Below, piece after piece: positions 10,501-23,857 of a stretch of 64,000 nt of DNA. Both the position numbers and the translations under genes were made by a program. Positions within the stretch are counted from its first letter, which is position 1. Every line of letters starts with the position of its first letter. This DNA comes from Protoeuglena noctilucae (taxonomy: Eukaryota). The notes below the pieces were generated by a model. It made no database searches. It was not told the DNA's origin and was given only the letters and a program-made list of their open reading frames with translations. The stretch is taken from the NCBI GenBank assembly GCA_958009085.1, contig OY253669.1:1364001-1428000 (forward strand), read 5' to 3'.

Positions 10501-13391
10501 TCGCGTGGCCGCGCTCGTCACGTCCGGGCGCCACGCGCCCTGCAGGTGTTCGTTCAGGCATCGCTCCAAGGTGTCCCGGTCCTCCGGGCACGTGACCAAG
10601 AAGCGAGCCCAGATGTGGGGCTTCACGGCGTGGGCCTGTGTTGGCAGAGAGAGATGACGCAAGAATGGGCTGAGTTGGGCATGGCAGGGGCGAGAGCTGT
10701 GCACAGAGGAAAGGGCAACGAGGGCGACAAGCCAAAGCACCACAGGCAAGCGTGCATTGGCGTTCCTCATGAGCACGTCAATCACCCACAGCACCACAGA
10801 CAAACGCGCATCTCACGAGCATGTCGGCCAGCCGTGGGTCGGAGACGTGGACGTGGGCGAGGATGGGACCGTAGACGGGGCCCTTGAAGAGCGTGTTGCC
10901 CTCCCTGGCGTTCTCATTGACCCAATGGAAGGCGGCCTGCAACTCGCCGCCCGCCTTGAGGATGCTGCCGAGCTTCTGCACCCGCCGCACGCTCTGGTTG
11001 CTCGTGCGCGACAGCTGCGTCTGCAGGTCTGCGATCTCCGTGGACAGCTCCTGGCAACGCCGGTCCTTGTCGTGCGCTCGCTGCTCCGTCTGACGCTTAA
11101 TCACACGCTTGTCCTTGAGCTGCAGGCGACGAGAGGGCGCGCTACTGGTCCCATGGGACCAGTCATGTTGTGCAAGCAGCCATTGGGGCTGCGAGCGAGG
11201 TGTGCCCAGGGCAATTCGAGAGGCGTCTTACGAAGTCATTCGCGCGGTCAGCTACCGCAGGGGTGGTGCCGCTGTGCACGAGTCACCCTGCCCCGCGGCG
11301 CCTCACCGTCCTGTTGAGCCAGTCGAGCCGAGCCGTGTCGACGGGCGGGGGCGGCTCCCGCTCCCTCTCGCCCCGCTCCGCCTCCTCCACCTCCCTCTCC
11401 AGCCTCCGCTTCTTGTCCTGCCAATCCTGGCTCAGCTGCCCCAGCTTGGAAAGTGACGACAGCGTCGACGCCACCTTCTGCTGGGCGCGATCCAACTCCG
11501 AGGCCCGACTGTCCACCTCCTTCCTGCAGACGCGAGACAAGAGGCGGCCCTGAAGCAACACTCACATGTCAGGCCCGCCTGGGAGCCGTGCTGCAGCTCC
11601 GCGTGCCGGCAATTGCTAGCTTTGCAAAGCAGCGTCAGTGCATCACCAAACGCACCTCAACTTCAGCACTCTCGCGTGCTTGCCGTCCCACGCCCGCTTC
11701 AGCTCCGCCAGCTCCTGTTGACGCCTCGCCTGAGGCCCCGTCAGGGCCGCCTGCTGCCTCCCCTGCACTTCCTCAAACTGCAGGCGGTACAGGGCCCACG
11801 CCTCAGCTATTGCGCCTCAGTCATACAGTCTCAATGCCCAACCTCATGACCCACCACTCCACTACGCATCGCCCGCCGCCCAGTGCCACACGCAGGTGCT
11901 GGGCGGAGCTCCGCGCTTGCCTGGAATGAGATAAGATCTCATCCGCGCCCGCTCACCTTGGCCTGTGCCTTTTGGAGCATCGACTCCGACTCTGCGTGCT
12001 TGGCCCGTGCCTCCAGCCACGTCAGGTACTCCACCTTGGCCTCGCAGAGCTTGACCTGCTCCTGTAAATGCACGCGCTGCCGGATCGCCTCCGTGTCGCG
12101 GAAGAGCGTCTCAATGCGGTTGCGGTCCTTCTCGACCTGTGATGGAAGCAGACACAGACGGCTGTGCAGCTTCGATCGTGGCGAGTATCCCCATGTGAGT
12201 GTCTGCCGACATGACATGCCATGGGTCAGCGCGGGCAGTAGCTAGTAGCTAGTAACCAGGGCATGGGAGGGCGCACGCCGTGCATGGCTGCGACTTGCCA
12301 AGCAAGGCATGGCCAAGCAAGGCATGGTCCCGAAGGGCGCACACCGGGAGCCCTTGACACCTTGCCACCTGCAAGGGCTCAAACTGGCTCACCTGCTTCT
12401 CCAGCGTGGTGAGCTCGGCGCAAGCATTGTCAAAGTTGTCCTTCGTCTCGATAAGGTGCGTGTGCTGCTGGTGCAGCTCCCCGTTCCCGACCGCCCGCTC
12501 CGTCTGCAGCAGCAAGTCCTCGGGATTGCCCGACAGCCGCGCGAACTCCACCACGCGGTCCTGGGGAAGGAACTGCGCGCGAGGACAGGAAGCGGGAGGT
12601 GAGCGGCGACCCCGGGCGGGCAGGGACAACGCCGTTCGGGGCGCCGGCAAGCCACGTGCCTGGCAAAGGTTGTCCAGCTGGATGTTCCAGTCCCTGCACT
12701 TGCGCCGCACTTCCTCGAGCGTCGCTTCGTAGTCGTCGATCTTGAAGGTGCTCCTCTGGGTCCCTGCCTGGGCGTGGATGCGCCTCTGCACCTTCGTGGG
12801 ATTCTTGTCCGGGCCGTTGGACACCAGCACCGTGATGACCGCCTCGTCGCACGTGTGCCGCACGAAGTCCTTGGTCTGCATCGAAAGCGGCGACAACATC
12901 GTTTCATGTCGCGGCTCCCTCGCCCGCTGGAGGCCGGCTCCGCGCCAGCGGGAGCGCTACTCACCGCGCTCGCACGGGAAAGGAGCTTGGGCTCTCCCCC
13001 GAGGCCCAAACATATGGCCGAGACCTGCGCGGGAACGTCGATGCGATAAGACATCGCGGAGTGGGCCTAGGGACCCGCGAAGCAATCCGCAGAGCGGCCG
13101 CAGAGGCTTCCGTGCTGGGCCCAGCGTGTCACGCACCAGGGAGGACTTGCCGGATCCGTTGGGGCCAATAACCAGGTTCAGCTTTGGACCGGCGACAAAC
13201 GTCGCGTTGGCGTACGTCTGCGATGTGAAATTGCACGCGTCCGGCCAAAAACGCATCGCGCAGGGTCACCGAGGCGCTGCTGTCCAGGTCGCGAGCCTCA
13301 CCAGGAAGTCCTTCACATGGATGCGCAGGATCGAACCGGGGGGATACTGGCTGAGGTCCTCCCGGCCTGGGTTCCTGAGCCCGCGACTCAT
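7554..13391 (-). CDS. SMC5: Structural maintenance of chromosomes protein 5, multi-exon
   Basis: Walker A GPNGSGKSSLV, NIQLDNLCQFLPQDRVVEFA, hinge GPVYGP, signature QSGGERSVSTIAFLVALQ, Walker B PFRVVDEINQGMDPVNER, QCFLLTPKLLP; coiled-coil exons between. Confidence 0.95.
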
Positions 13392-13625
13392 CGGGCGGGC
13401 TTCCAGCTCGGGCAGCGAAGCTGATGCCGACGCCACCCTCCCGGGCCGGCAGAGCCGGCGATACGGGCGCAAGCTTTGCTTGTCTGTGGTACCCTCTGGT
13501 GCTCGTCTCAAGACGAGCTGCCCCGTCCCCAGAAACTGTGACAGCGAAACGCGAGGACCGCTGCCGGTCATGTTCAAGTGCATTTGCCTTGCGCAACTGC
13601 ATGCATCGCTTTTACACTCCCACAT

Positions 13626-16567
13626 CTACTTGGTTGCGAGCTCCTTCTTGCGCTGCATCAACTGCTCCACCCGCGCGCGCTTGTGCCGCCTCGACTCGTT
13701 GATCCTGTGCAGGAACTTACGCTCCCGGCTGGTCATCAGCCCCTTCTTGGCGTCCTCAAGCGCCTCCGCGTCCTCCTCCGCCTCCTCCATCAGATCGGGC
13801 GTGCCGCCCTCGCTGGCCGCGTGCCCGCGCTTCTTGCCCGCCCCCGCCCCCGCCACTTGCAGCTCCTCGCGCAGCTCTGCCTGGAAGCGCTCCTCCTCCG
13901 CGACGGGCGCCGCCCGAACAGGGCCCGGCAGCGTCATGTCCTCGTCCTCCACGCCGACCTGCAGCAACCAGACCACGCAGCCCTCGCTCTCAGCCATTGA
14001 CAACAATTGACGATCAACTGCAGAATTCCAGCGCAGGTAGAGCTCTTCGCAACGCACGGTCCCGAGCACGTCAGTCGCTGCGAGAAGGCGTCGCGCGCTT
14101 CTCGCTCCGCACCTCGGCCGTGACGGGCGCCAGCCCCTGCTTGCGTGCGGCGGCCGCCTGCTGCTGGAGCTTCTTCACGACCTTGGCGAAGTCCGGAGTG
14201 TACCCCTCCTCCTCGTCGTTAACGAACGGGGACAGGTGCGGAGGTGGGACCTTCCCGGGGGCGTACATGGACGCCGGCGCCAGGATGCGGAAGTTGGCGC
14301 TGTCAAACACCCACTGGGGCTGCACGTACGTGCGCGAGAAGAACTGGTGGCCCTGCTGGGGGCGGTCGACGACCTGCGGGCGCGTCAGAGTGCCCGCGTC
14401 TAGGCTGGATGGGTCGCCACCCATGCCTTCCTTACAAGTGCAGAGGGCCGTCGCGGAAGCCAGGCGCAGTCATCGACACACAGTGTGAAGGTCCTAATCC
14501 AGCTATCGTCTGCGGTTGATCCCCAGGTCACGACATCTCCGGTATCTTTGCGACGCACCTCGTGCGTGATGCATTCGTCGTTCCGGCCGTGAGGCGACCC
14601 CTCGCCGTCCCAGCACGCGACGCCCCCAAACGACCGCACCACGAAGGCCACCACGTCCCGAGACACCTCGCGACTGATCCAAAAGACGAGGCCGCGGAAC
14701 AGCGAAGAGCACACTGCTGCGTCGTCCTCCCCCACGGCTGCCCCGCCCCCGACCCTAGCCACCGCCAGCTCCTTCCCCGCGGTCTCATCCCCGTCCTCCG
14801 CTTCCCGACTCCCCGCCTCAGCCCCACGGTTCGCGGGGTCCAATGCCCCTGCATCTGCATCTGCACCTCCCTTGTCCCCACCGCTCTCGCCCTCCCCGTC
14901 CTCATCGTCACTCGAGTCGTCCTCCTCATCGCCCGAATCGATCTCCACGGACCCATCCTCATCCTCGTCCTCGGCGCTGTCCCCTTCTCCCTCCCCATCC
15001 GAAGTTGCCCCATCCCCCGCATCACCCTCCTCCTCATCGCTGGACCCCGCCGCCACCCCGTCGCTCTCCTCCCCTTCTTCACCCCCCTCCCCGCCCTCCC
15101 CGCCCTCGCTCTCCCCGCTGTCCGACCCCTCCCCATCCCCCCGGGCCACCACCGCCGCGCCACCCCGCTTCAGCTCCCTCATCCTCCGCCTGCGCTCCTC
15201 CATCGCGCCCTCCCCCGCCCCCGCGTCCTCAGCCCCGTCAGTGCCCGCCGGGCCCTCTCCTGTGGCCCCCTGCTCGATGCGCTTTGCCGCCGCGCGCCTG
15301 GCGATGTCGTGCATCAACGCCTCCACCCCGCTCGCCGCCTCGTCCAGCCGGGGGTCAAGCACGGGAGGGTACTTGAGGCCCTGGTCGGCGTAGAGCTTGA
15401 AATGCACGAACTTGAGGAAGGTCTGGTAGAACTCCAAGAAGGTCAGCATGACGCGGTAGTCCACGTCCGACGGCAGCAGCTGCGCGAATGGTGGGGCGAG
15501 GGGCGGGGCGTGAGAGGGAGCGGCAGCGCTGGGTGCGTGCTGAGCATCGCGGCGAGCGATGAACGCAGTCGAATCGAGTTGCAATACATAGCATCAAGCA
15601 CGTATGAGGGCCGCCCCTCGCCTGGACCAACTGGTGCGGCACAATCCACGTGACGTCCTGGCCGAGGATCTGGGCCTGGAAGTAGACGCCCTTGACGGAA
15701 ATGAACGCCCGGCGCAGGGCGTGGGCGCGCACGCAGTAGGCCTGAAACTCGAGGGCCAGCTGCCGGGACACACGCACCGCCTTGTCGGGGATGCCGTGCT
15801 CGTCCGACGACGGCAGGGACGCGAAGAGGAAGACCATCGACAGCGCGTCGTCCATGTCCCTGAGCAGCGATGGGCCAGTGGTCGTTTGCTGCATGTTGTG
15901 CGACGCCGAGCTGCTGGCGAGAGCGCCCCGACTGCAGCGTGCAGGCGATGCGCCGCGGCCGGAGTGGGCGATAAACTACGGAATGTCACTCACCTGATTG
16001 CGTCGATGAAAGACGGATAGCGCTCGCGGACGAGGTGGTCCAGGCGGTACCCCGGCTTGCGGTTCATCAGCCGCTCCGCCAGCTCGTCGTTCTTCCGTCC
16101 CAAGGCCTTCTTGATCTTGCGCTCGTGCGCACGTATGTCGCGCATCGTCTGCGAGAGCATGCGGGCGACGGCCGTCGCGCGGCGCGGCCCCTGAGGTCTG
16201 CGCCCCGCCGCAAGCCGTCCCTGGCCTCGCCTGAAGGACGGGCTCGTGCAGCAGGAAGTTGATGTCCTTGATGTGATAGTAGCTCTTGTTCTGGCCGTGC
16301 GGCTTCTTCTTCGGCTCGCGCGGATGCACCCCTTTCAGGATGCACAGCCGCCGAAAGTCGCCCAGCTTGAGCTGGAGGCGCTTCATGGCCTGCGGACAGC
16401 GGCGGGTGTGTGCGAGTCTCGAGAAACAATTCACGCGAATCGCAAGCGCAGTCTCCGGCGACCTCGCGGCGCCACCGGGCGCGGCGGGCGGGCGGACGGC
16501 CGACCTGGTTCCGCGTGAGGTACTGGGCCACATTGCCCTTCTTTCCCTTCTCCGTCTTCTTCCCCAT
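13626..16567 (-). CDS. PES1: Pescadillo homolog (Nop7), BRCT-containing ribosome biogenesis factor
   Basis: [79 protein letters not shown], acidic low-complexity insert. Confidence 0.96.
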
Positions 16568-17100
16568 CTTGCTTCGATCTCAGACACCGGCGTGTGACCG
16601 AGCCGCGCTCGCCAACCGCCCTCGCCGGCGGCAAGGAAGCTGCTGACCTAACTTGCGCGCCTCCCCTCTACTCGAGCAAAGTTCGGTTGTTCGATGGGAG
16701 CGGCGTCATGTACTCGCAGAAGCGATATCCTGGCGCGACAAACTGCAGCCCGGCATCGTAAGATGGCGGAAAGTGCACATCGGGTCAGACTGGGGAGGGC
16801 AAACGCATGTGCACCTGGACTGGGCCGGCGCACCCTCCGTGATGGAGTTTGCCGCGCTATTCTAGCCGAGTAGCACACCGGTACCAGGACTTGCGCGCAA
16901 CAGGCTGCTAAACTAGTTAGATTGGTGGGGCGGTTGGTGCGGGGCTGGTGAGAGACGCGGAGCTATCTAAAGGCGTACAGAAGCTCGCTGCACGTTGCTT
17001 ATAGACGAATTTGCTTGTGTTCGATGTCACCGGCCGGATTCGGGCGTCCCGTGTGGGTCAGGATTGCGTCCTGTGGGTCCCGCCATTGCAGGGGGCCGAC

Positions 17101-20100
17101 ATGATCGCTGCGCGATCATCGGCCGCACGGCCACTCTCCACCCGCGCCAGCGGTCAGGGAGGACGTGTTCAGACGGTCCATGGTTCGCGGGAACGGGTCC
17201 GCGCCGTCGAGCATGCATCCTCACACTGTGCGAGGCCTTGGGCCCCTCGCCGCGTCCCGGCCTTCCGGACGGCGGCGGTGGCAGCCCCGGTTACGGAGGC
17301 AGCTGTCGACATTGCGGCTGAGAGGTGCCGGCCCGCAACGACGAGCAGGTCGCCGCTTCAGTGCGGGGTGACCAGTCGACCTGATGCGCCCCGCGGGAGT
17401 GGTTGGGGCCCACTCCCCGTGCGGGTCAGGGGCGCGAGGGCAAGTTTGCGGTCAAGAACTGTCGCTCGGAGCGGGGGAGGGATCACGCTGGACTTGGGAC
17501 AGGATATCCTCACTTTCTTGACTGTGACAGGTGCGCCGCCGCGAGCGTGCCGGGCCTCCTCGCCACGGTCGCCGCGCGTGGCCGTCCACGAATCTGTCGC
17601 GTTCCGCTGCGCCGCAGTTGCCATCATCCCGCTGTGCAAGCGCTACAAGGTGTCGCCCGTGCTTGGCTATCTCGTCGCCGGCTTCGTCCTGAAGCTTTTC
17701 GGCGCCCTCCACAACCTCGAGGATATTGGAAAATTGTCAGAGATTGGAGGTGTGGCATCCTGCCGCGGAGAGCCCGCGCATCGGCTTCACCGCGGCTGCC
17801 CTCGCGCGCCACTGCGCCGCGTGACGGCGAGCGCGCCGCGCCCCTCCGCTCCCCGCAGTTCTCTTCCTTCTGTTCGAGATGGGTCTCGAGCTCAACACGG
17901 AGCGTCTCACGGCCCTCGCGCGCTACGCCTTTGGCGTCGGCCTCCCCCAGGTCGTCCTCACGACGGCCCTCTTCACCTTCCTGTCCCTCCCGGGCGTCGG
18001 CATCGGCGGGAAGATCCTCGAGAGCGTGCTCCAGGGCCCGGTCCCGCTGGACGACATCCGCACCGTCGACGAGGCCGTGGTCATTGGCGCGGCCCTGTCG
18101 CTCTCGTCCTCCGCCTTTGTGCTGCAGCTGCTCAAGGAGCGAGGGGAGCTGCCCACCAGGCACGGCGCGGGCGCCCTGGGCGTCCTCCTCATGCAGGACA
18201 TCGTCGTTGTCCCGCTCCTGGTCATCCTTCCCCTCATCGAGGCGGCCGGGGGCCTCGAGTCGGACTTCGGCTCCTCCGGTCTCCTCCAAGGGGTGAGGGC
18301 CGCGCGCACGAGCTAATTGTTCTCTCGAAACCGTCACGGTTTACTGCCATGGCGTCCACCCACTCGCTCCCCACCCTCACATGAGTGCGTCAGGACCACA
18401 TGTGCACTGACACCCACCCGCGCATCTCCGCAGGCGGGCCCCGCCGCCCTGACGTCGCTGGGCGGACTGGGTCTCGTCGTGCTCGCGTCCCGCATCGTCT
18501 TACGCAAGGCTTTCGACGTGGTGGCCTGGACGCGCAGCTCGGAGGCGTTCGTGTCCCTGTGCCTCCTCACGGTGGCCGGGACGAGCTTCCTCACCGACAC
18601 GCTCGGCTTCTCCGACACCCTCGGGGCCTTCCTGGCCGGCGTGCTCCTCGCAGAGAGCAACTACCGAGCGCAGGTTGAGGCGGACATCAAGCCCTACAAG
18701 GGCATCCTCCTGGGGCTCTTCTTCCTGGTAAGGGACGGCCACGGCGTCGCGCGGGCACGGAGCGGTGTTGATCGCATTGGTCACTGCGGGCTTGTTCGTG
18801 TGCACGTGTGGTGCATAACGTGACTCATCATACACGACCCTCATCGGCGCTGCTCTGCTCACTCAATCCACCATCCACACCCACCTGGCCGCAGTCGACG
18901 GGCGCGGCTGTGGATGTCCAGACGTTCCTGGACAACTGGCCGGTCATCCTCACGCTCCTCGGCGGCCTCCTCGTCATCAAGGCCCTCGTCCTGACCCCCG
19001 TGGCCAAGGTCGGGGGCAACCTCTCGTGGGCCGACTCCGTGCGCCTGGGCATCCTCCTCTCCCAGGGCGGCGAGTTCGCCTTCGTCCTCCTGGCCCTCGC
19101 CAACTCCCTGGGCGTCCTCAACTCCCAGCTCAACAACGTGCTCCTGATCGTCGTCGTGCTGTCCATGGCACTCACGCCGACCCTCGCGGACGGCGCCAAG
19201 TGGGCGTCGGAGCTCGTGGGGGGCCTGGCGCAGGGCTCCGCGAAGCCCGCGCGGGACGGCGCGAGCCTGGACGTGCTGACGCAGCTGGAGGAGAAGGCGT
19301 TTGCCCAGGAGCCCGTGGTCATCTGCGGCGTGGGGCCCGTGGGCATGGTGGTGGCGTCCATGCTCACGTCGCCCCTCTCCGAGGCCGACATCTTCATGCA
19401 GACGGCGCCCGGGATGCGGGACGCGGGCCTCCCGCCCTTCGTGATGCTCGACTACAACGTGCGGCGCCTGCGGGCGGCCCAGGGCATGGGCCTGAAGACG
19501 GTCTACTACAAGGGGTACGCGGGGCGCGACATCCTCGAAGCCATCGGGGTCGAGCGCCCCACGGCGGTGGTGGTGTGCTACGGCAACCGCGCCCAGTCGG
19601 TGGAGACGGTCAAGTCCGTCAAGTCCTTCCACCCGGGGGTGCCCGTGCTGGCCAGCGCGCAGAACGCGGCACACGCGGCGGAGCTGAGGGAGGTGAGGGG
19701 CAGTTCGTGGGTGGTGTTGAGGGACGTGAGGGGCCCCCTCACTTTTATGGGTGGAGCTGAGAAGCGGGGGCGTGCTGCGAGCGGCTGGCCACTCAGTCCC
19801 ATGTGCATACGCCGTTGCCAACCCCGCTCCTGTGGCTCGCGCAGGCTGGCGCGGACGACGTGGTGGTCATGTCCATCGACACGGGCATCGAGCTGGGCAA
19901 CCGCTTGCTGCTGGGTATGGGCGTCCCGGGAGACGAGGTGAGGGGTGGTCCAGTGATGTGCAAGGGGCCCATTGTGTGAAAGCCTTTGAGAGGTCGTCAG
20001 GGCCAGTCGACTCGTGTGCCTCCGCACGGCGGTCATTGCATCTATACGCCTGATGCTTAATGCTCGCCACCGTGCACGCAGACCATGTACTTGGTGTCCG

Positions 20101-20399
20101 CGATGCGCGAGGCGCCCAACTCAGCCGAGCTGGGCTCCCTGGGTGAGATCCCTCAGCCCCCGGAGTCGGCCCTGGCGGAGCTGGACAACGACACCAGGGC
20201 GGACGTGAAGGCCATCGCCAAGCAGTTGGCGGCGGCGAGGAATCGGCCGAGGGGGCGCGCGAGCCCGACGCCTCCCAGCAGCGACGGGGAGGCGCTGCGG
20301 CCGCCGGGGGCGGGCGAGGAGGGGGGGCGAGACGGGGCGGAGCGGGAGGCGGGGGCGGTGGGGGCGGGGAAGAAGGGGACTGCAGGGGAGCAGAGCTGA
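17101..20399 (+). CDS. KEA3: K+/H+ efflux antiporter (CPA2 + KTN/TrkA-N domain), thylakoid KEA3-like
   Basis: Transit-peptide-like N-terminus; FEMGLELN, LSLSSSAFVLQLL, LLMQDI, LGAFLAGVLLAESNYR, LSQGGEFAFV; KTN VVICGVGPVG..ASMLTSPL; lacks the long KEA1/2 N-terminal extension. Confidence 0.88.
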
Positions 20400-20763
20400 G
20401 GGCCGGTTGCGCCGGCGATGTCTCTGCGCATGGCGTGACTCGTGCTCCCCCGTTTGGGCTCGCAATAGTCGTGGTGTTTCCGTGACGTGTGGCTCGCCGC
20501 CACCCCCTGTATGCATCTAGTGGCAGAGTTGACGGACAGCACAGGTGACAAGTGTGGTGCGCACTCCTCCAACCCCAACCGTGGTTTCCGGTAATCACGT
20601 GGCCGTGTCCTACCATCATTGAAGTGTCGCGGAAAGGCAGCGCGAACCTAGGAGCCCTGCCACTGCTTCTGTCACGGCTCAACTGCACGCCGACACTCAA
20701 CGGGACTGCCACGAAGCGCGGGCAGCATGCTGCGATCCGCCATCCGCCTGGCCTCTGGCACCT

Positions 20764-22019
20764 TCACGCCTTGTCCGCCGCGCCCCACTGCGCCCCGAGG
20801 GCGTCGGCGATCTCCGGGCCGGTCAGGAATGGCACGTCGTTCCTCTCTGCCCACGCCCGGGCCGCATCGGGGCCCACGGGGCCAAAGTCGTCGCCCTCCG
20901 CGTGCAGCATGACGCACCCCACCGTCACTGGGACCACCCCTGCGGGCAAAACCACGACGGGCGGCTCAACACAGGCTCGGCTACGAGCAGCTGGCTGCGT
21001 GCGCACGTGGGTCGGCAGCACAGGCGCGCGGCTCACCGGCAGCCCTGGCCAGCGCCACCGCCAGCTCCGTGTGCCCGCGGCGGGCACGGAGGCCGCCCGG
21101 GTGCTCAATGCACCAGAAGATGTGGCCTGGGGAGTGGAACTCGGCGCCCAGGGCCCTGCCCGCCTGGGGCACGGACACCGTGCGGCTCGTCACATCCTCG
21201 CTCAGCTGCGGGGGGGTGTCAACAAATCGACGTTGACGTTCGCCGAGGGACGCGTGCGCCCATGCGCGCAGGCGCATGGCAGTGTGGCCTTTCACCTCGG
21301 CGAAGCGGCGGACGGTGAAGGAGCGCTCCACGTCCGGGGCACCGGTCTTGGTGCTGCGGTGGTCGAAGCTGAGCGACACGGAGCAGTCGCCCTGGCACAT
21401 GCTCGACGTCTCCTTGCCGAGGGCGGCCAGCGTCGGGTGCTCGTGGGCCGCGGCCCTCAGCGCCTGGCCCGCGAAGGGGATCCCGAAGGCCGTGGCGACG
21501 GCGTTTGAGACGGCCACGTAGAGCTCGCCACCGGCGTGCACGCGGAGGGCGCGGATCGACGCCGGCGTCGCGAGCTGGGCCGCGAAGTGAAGGTCCGTCT
21601 CACCCTCCCTCCCCGCGTCGTCGAGGATCGCCACGGGCCGGCCCGCGCGCAGAGCCTCGAGGGCGCGTTCCAGTTGGACCACACTGCCGCTGCGAGTGGA
21701 GCGGGGCGACTCTCTGGCGCAGCAGCACCTACTCAAAGGCGAACTACAGAGTCAGAGGCGAACCGCAAAAAGGCCAACGACACCTACTCCGCGGCGAACG
21801 ACGCCTAACGACCTGTGCAACCGTGGCCCCGTTCGCTCACCGTCGAGCGCCCTCCGTCCGCACGGGGGTGGTGGCGGCACGAGCAATGACGGTCTTTGAC
21901 CGGCACTGCATGTGCGCCGAATGCACAGCGGCGCGCAGGGCGGGGGAGATTTTCGGGGCCTTGCATTTCGCCTGGGCTTGCGAGGGGGCCGAGCCCATCG
22001 CCGCGATTGAAAGGGCCAT
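20764..22019 (-). CDS. ribB: 3,4-dihydroxy-2-butanone-4-phosphate synthase-like (stand-alone, archaeal-type RibB) with putative plastid transit peptide; 3 introns
   Basis: ALEALRAGRPVAILDDAGREGETD, GIPF, DHRSTKTG..ER, EFHSPGH, RRGHTELAVALA, C-terminal AERNDVPFLTGPEI; intron phases join in frame. Confidence 0.85.
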
Positions 22020-22349
22020 CGTGATCGTTACTCGTGCGCGTCTCCCGGGTGCCGGCAGGCGCAGGCACGTCGGAGGGAGGTCGGGAGAGCTCGGGTCCCC
22101 TGTTGCAGCAAATCTAGCACTCCAGAGGTACGGCGAGATCTTGTCGGATGACAACCGATAGAGGTGAGTTGTTTGGGGCCAGCTCGCGGCCTTTCCACGA
22201 AGACTTCGCCACTCACTGGCAGGTCAAAAAGCAAAAGTGCCTTTCATATTGGTGGCCGAGCAGTCGGCCTCACCCGCTTCCTCGCAGCAATGATCCTCTC
22301 TGAAGTCAACCAAGGGTCGAGCAGCAGCGCAGGGGTGGCAGAGACACGC

Positions 22350-23857
22350 CTACTCCTCGTCCGTCTCCGAGTGAACATGGTCGGGCGCGAAACTCGTGAT
22401 GCGCCGCATCGCGCTCCCGCTCCCCCCACCTGCCGCCGCCGGCACGTCGCACGGCCCGGCAGCGGCGCGGGGACGCGCTGGCACCGTCGTGGTGTGCGAC
22501 GCCCTGCCCCCCATCTCGTCGCGCACCGTGATCCGCGGGAGGCGCGGGCGCGCCCCCGTGCGCGGCGCGGCTGCCGGCGGACCCGCGCCCGACCCCCCGC
22601 GGAACAGAGACGCAATGCGCCCCAGCAACCCCCTCCTCCCGACCGCGGAGGCCCGCGCCTGGCCCTCCGGTGCGGAGCCAGCGCCCCGCGTGCTCGGCCG
22701 TGCCTGGGCCGAGACCGAGCCGGGCCACCGCGTCGCGACCGGCTGCACCAGCGGCGCGTTGCACATGGGGCAGGACGACGGCCGAGGATACTCGGTGCTG
22801 GTCAGGGCCCAGCGGTCGATGCAAGGCAGGTGGAACTTGTGGCCGCAAGGGAGGACCCTCAGCTCGACCCCGGAGGCGTACTCGTCGAAGCAGATGCCGC
22901 ACTGCTCGGCCGTCCCGCCGCCATGGTTGGCGATGAGGTCGACGAGCCCCTCCTTCTGCGGCGGGGACGGGGGCAAGGGCGCCGGATCGCAGGCAGGGCG
23001 CAGGGGTGCAGCAAGCAGCGAGCGGCGGGGGCAGTGCCCCGCAGAAGGTGGGCTGGCGCTGTGGCTAAAGGTCTCACCTCGAGCACGCCCTCGGAGGACA
23101 GGCCGAGGACGCTGAGGTGCTCCCGGAGGTGCGAGATGGACTCTGCCTTGAGCTCGTCCCGCGTGCGCCACGTCTCGACCGGCATGCTGCGCACCGCCTT
23201 AATCACCTCCGCGATGCGGTGCGCCCGCTGTGCGCGCGTCTGGCCCCTCGCCGCGCGCTGCGTCTCCGCCTCCGTCGGCAGCGGCACCCTGCACCGCACG
23301 CGCGATGAGGGCTGGCATTGACTGGGGTCGCTGGGACCAGCTGGGGCCGCTGGGTCCCCCTAAGGCGTGGCGGGCGACCGCACCTGAAGTCCAGGAGTCG
23401 GACGAGGGCGCCGAGCCCCCCGTGAGCGCGGGCGAGGATGATGAAACGGAAGAGGAGGAATATGGTGACGATGGTCGGGATGAGGGCACTGAGCATCATC
23501 ACCACGGACGTGGGCGGGTATTCCACGAAGTACCCCGAGGACCACGACTCGACTCGGTCGTCGTGGACGTGCACATGAATGCGACGGGCCTGGAAAGGAC
23601 CCTGCGGGCGGGCTACGTCAGGCCGGTTCGTGGCTAGGGCGTAGAACGGGGCGCCGTGCCTGATCGAGGGCCGGCAAGCTCACCTCCCCGGCCACAGTAT
23701 GGAAGAGATACGCGATACCCATTTGAAATATCCCGGTGCTCAGGAACCAGGGGACGAGGAACATGGCTAGGATCCCCCAAGCCGTTCCGTCCTGAGGGTC
23801 GTGCTGCACCACGAACCCGCCCGGGCCGATGGGGCCGATGAACCCATAGAAGATCAT
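22350..23857 (-). CDS. Transmembrane RING-H2 E3 ubiquitin ligase-like protein (5' end uncertain)
   Basis: CGICFDEY..LRVLPCGHKFHLPCIDRW..CPMC; N-terminal hydrophobic helices; SISHLREHL..GVLEKEGLVDLI helical segment before the RING. Confidence 0.8.

Noticed and set aside
13392..13625. PES1-SMC5 (and SMC5-DUF2834-like) as polycistronic units
   Set aside because: Gaps of about 215-235 bp are comparable to other intergenic distances in this compact window; no specific evidence
14750..15270. Repetitive purine-rich stretch resembling a repeat element
   Set aside because: Encodes the acidic low-complexity insert of pescadillo; the G-rich region at 28010-28810 is likewise the PP4R3 Gly-rich tail
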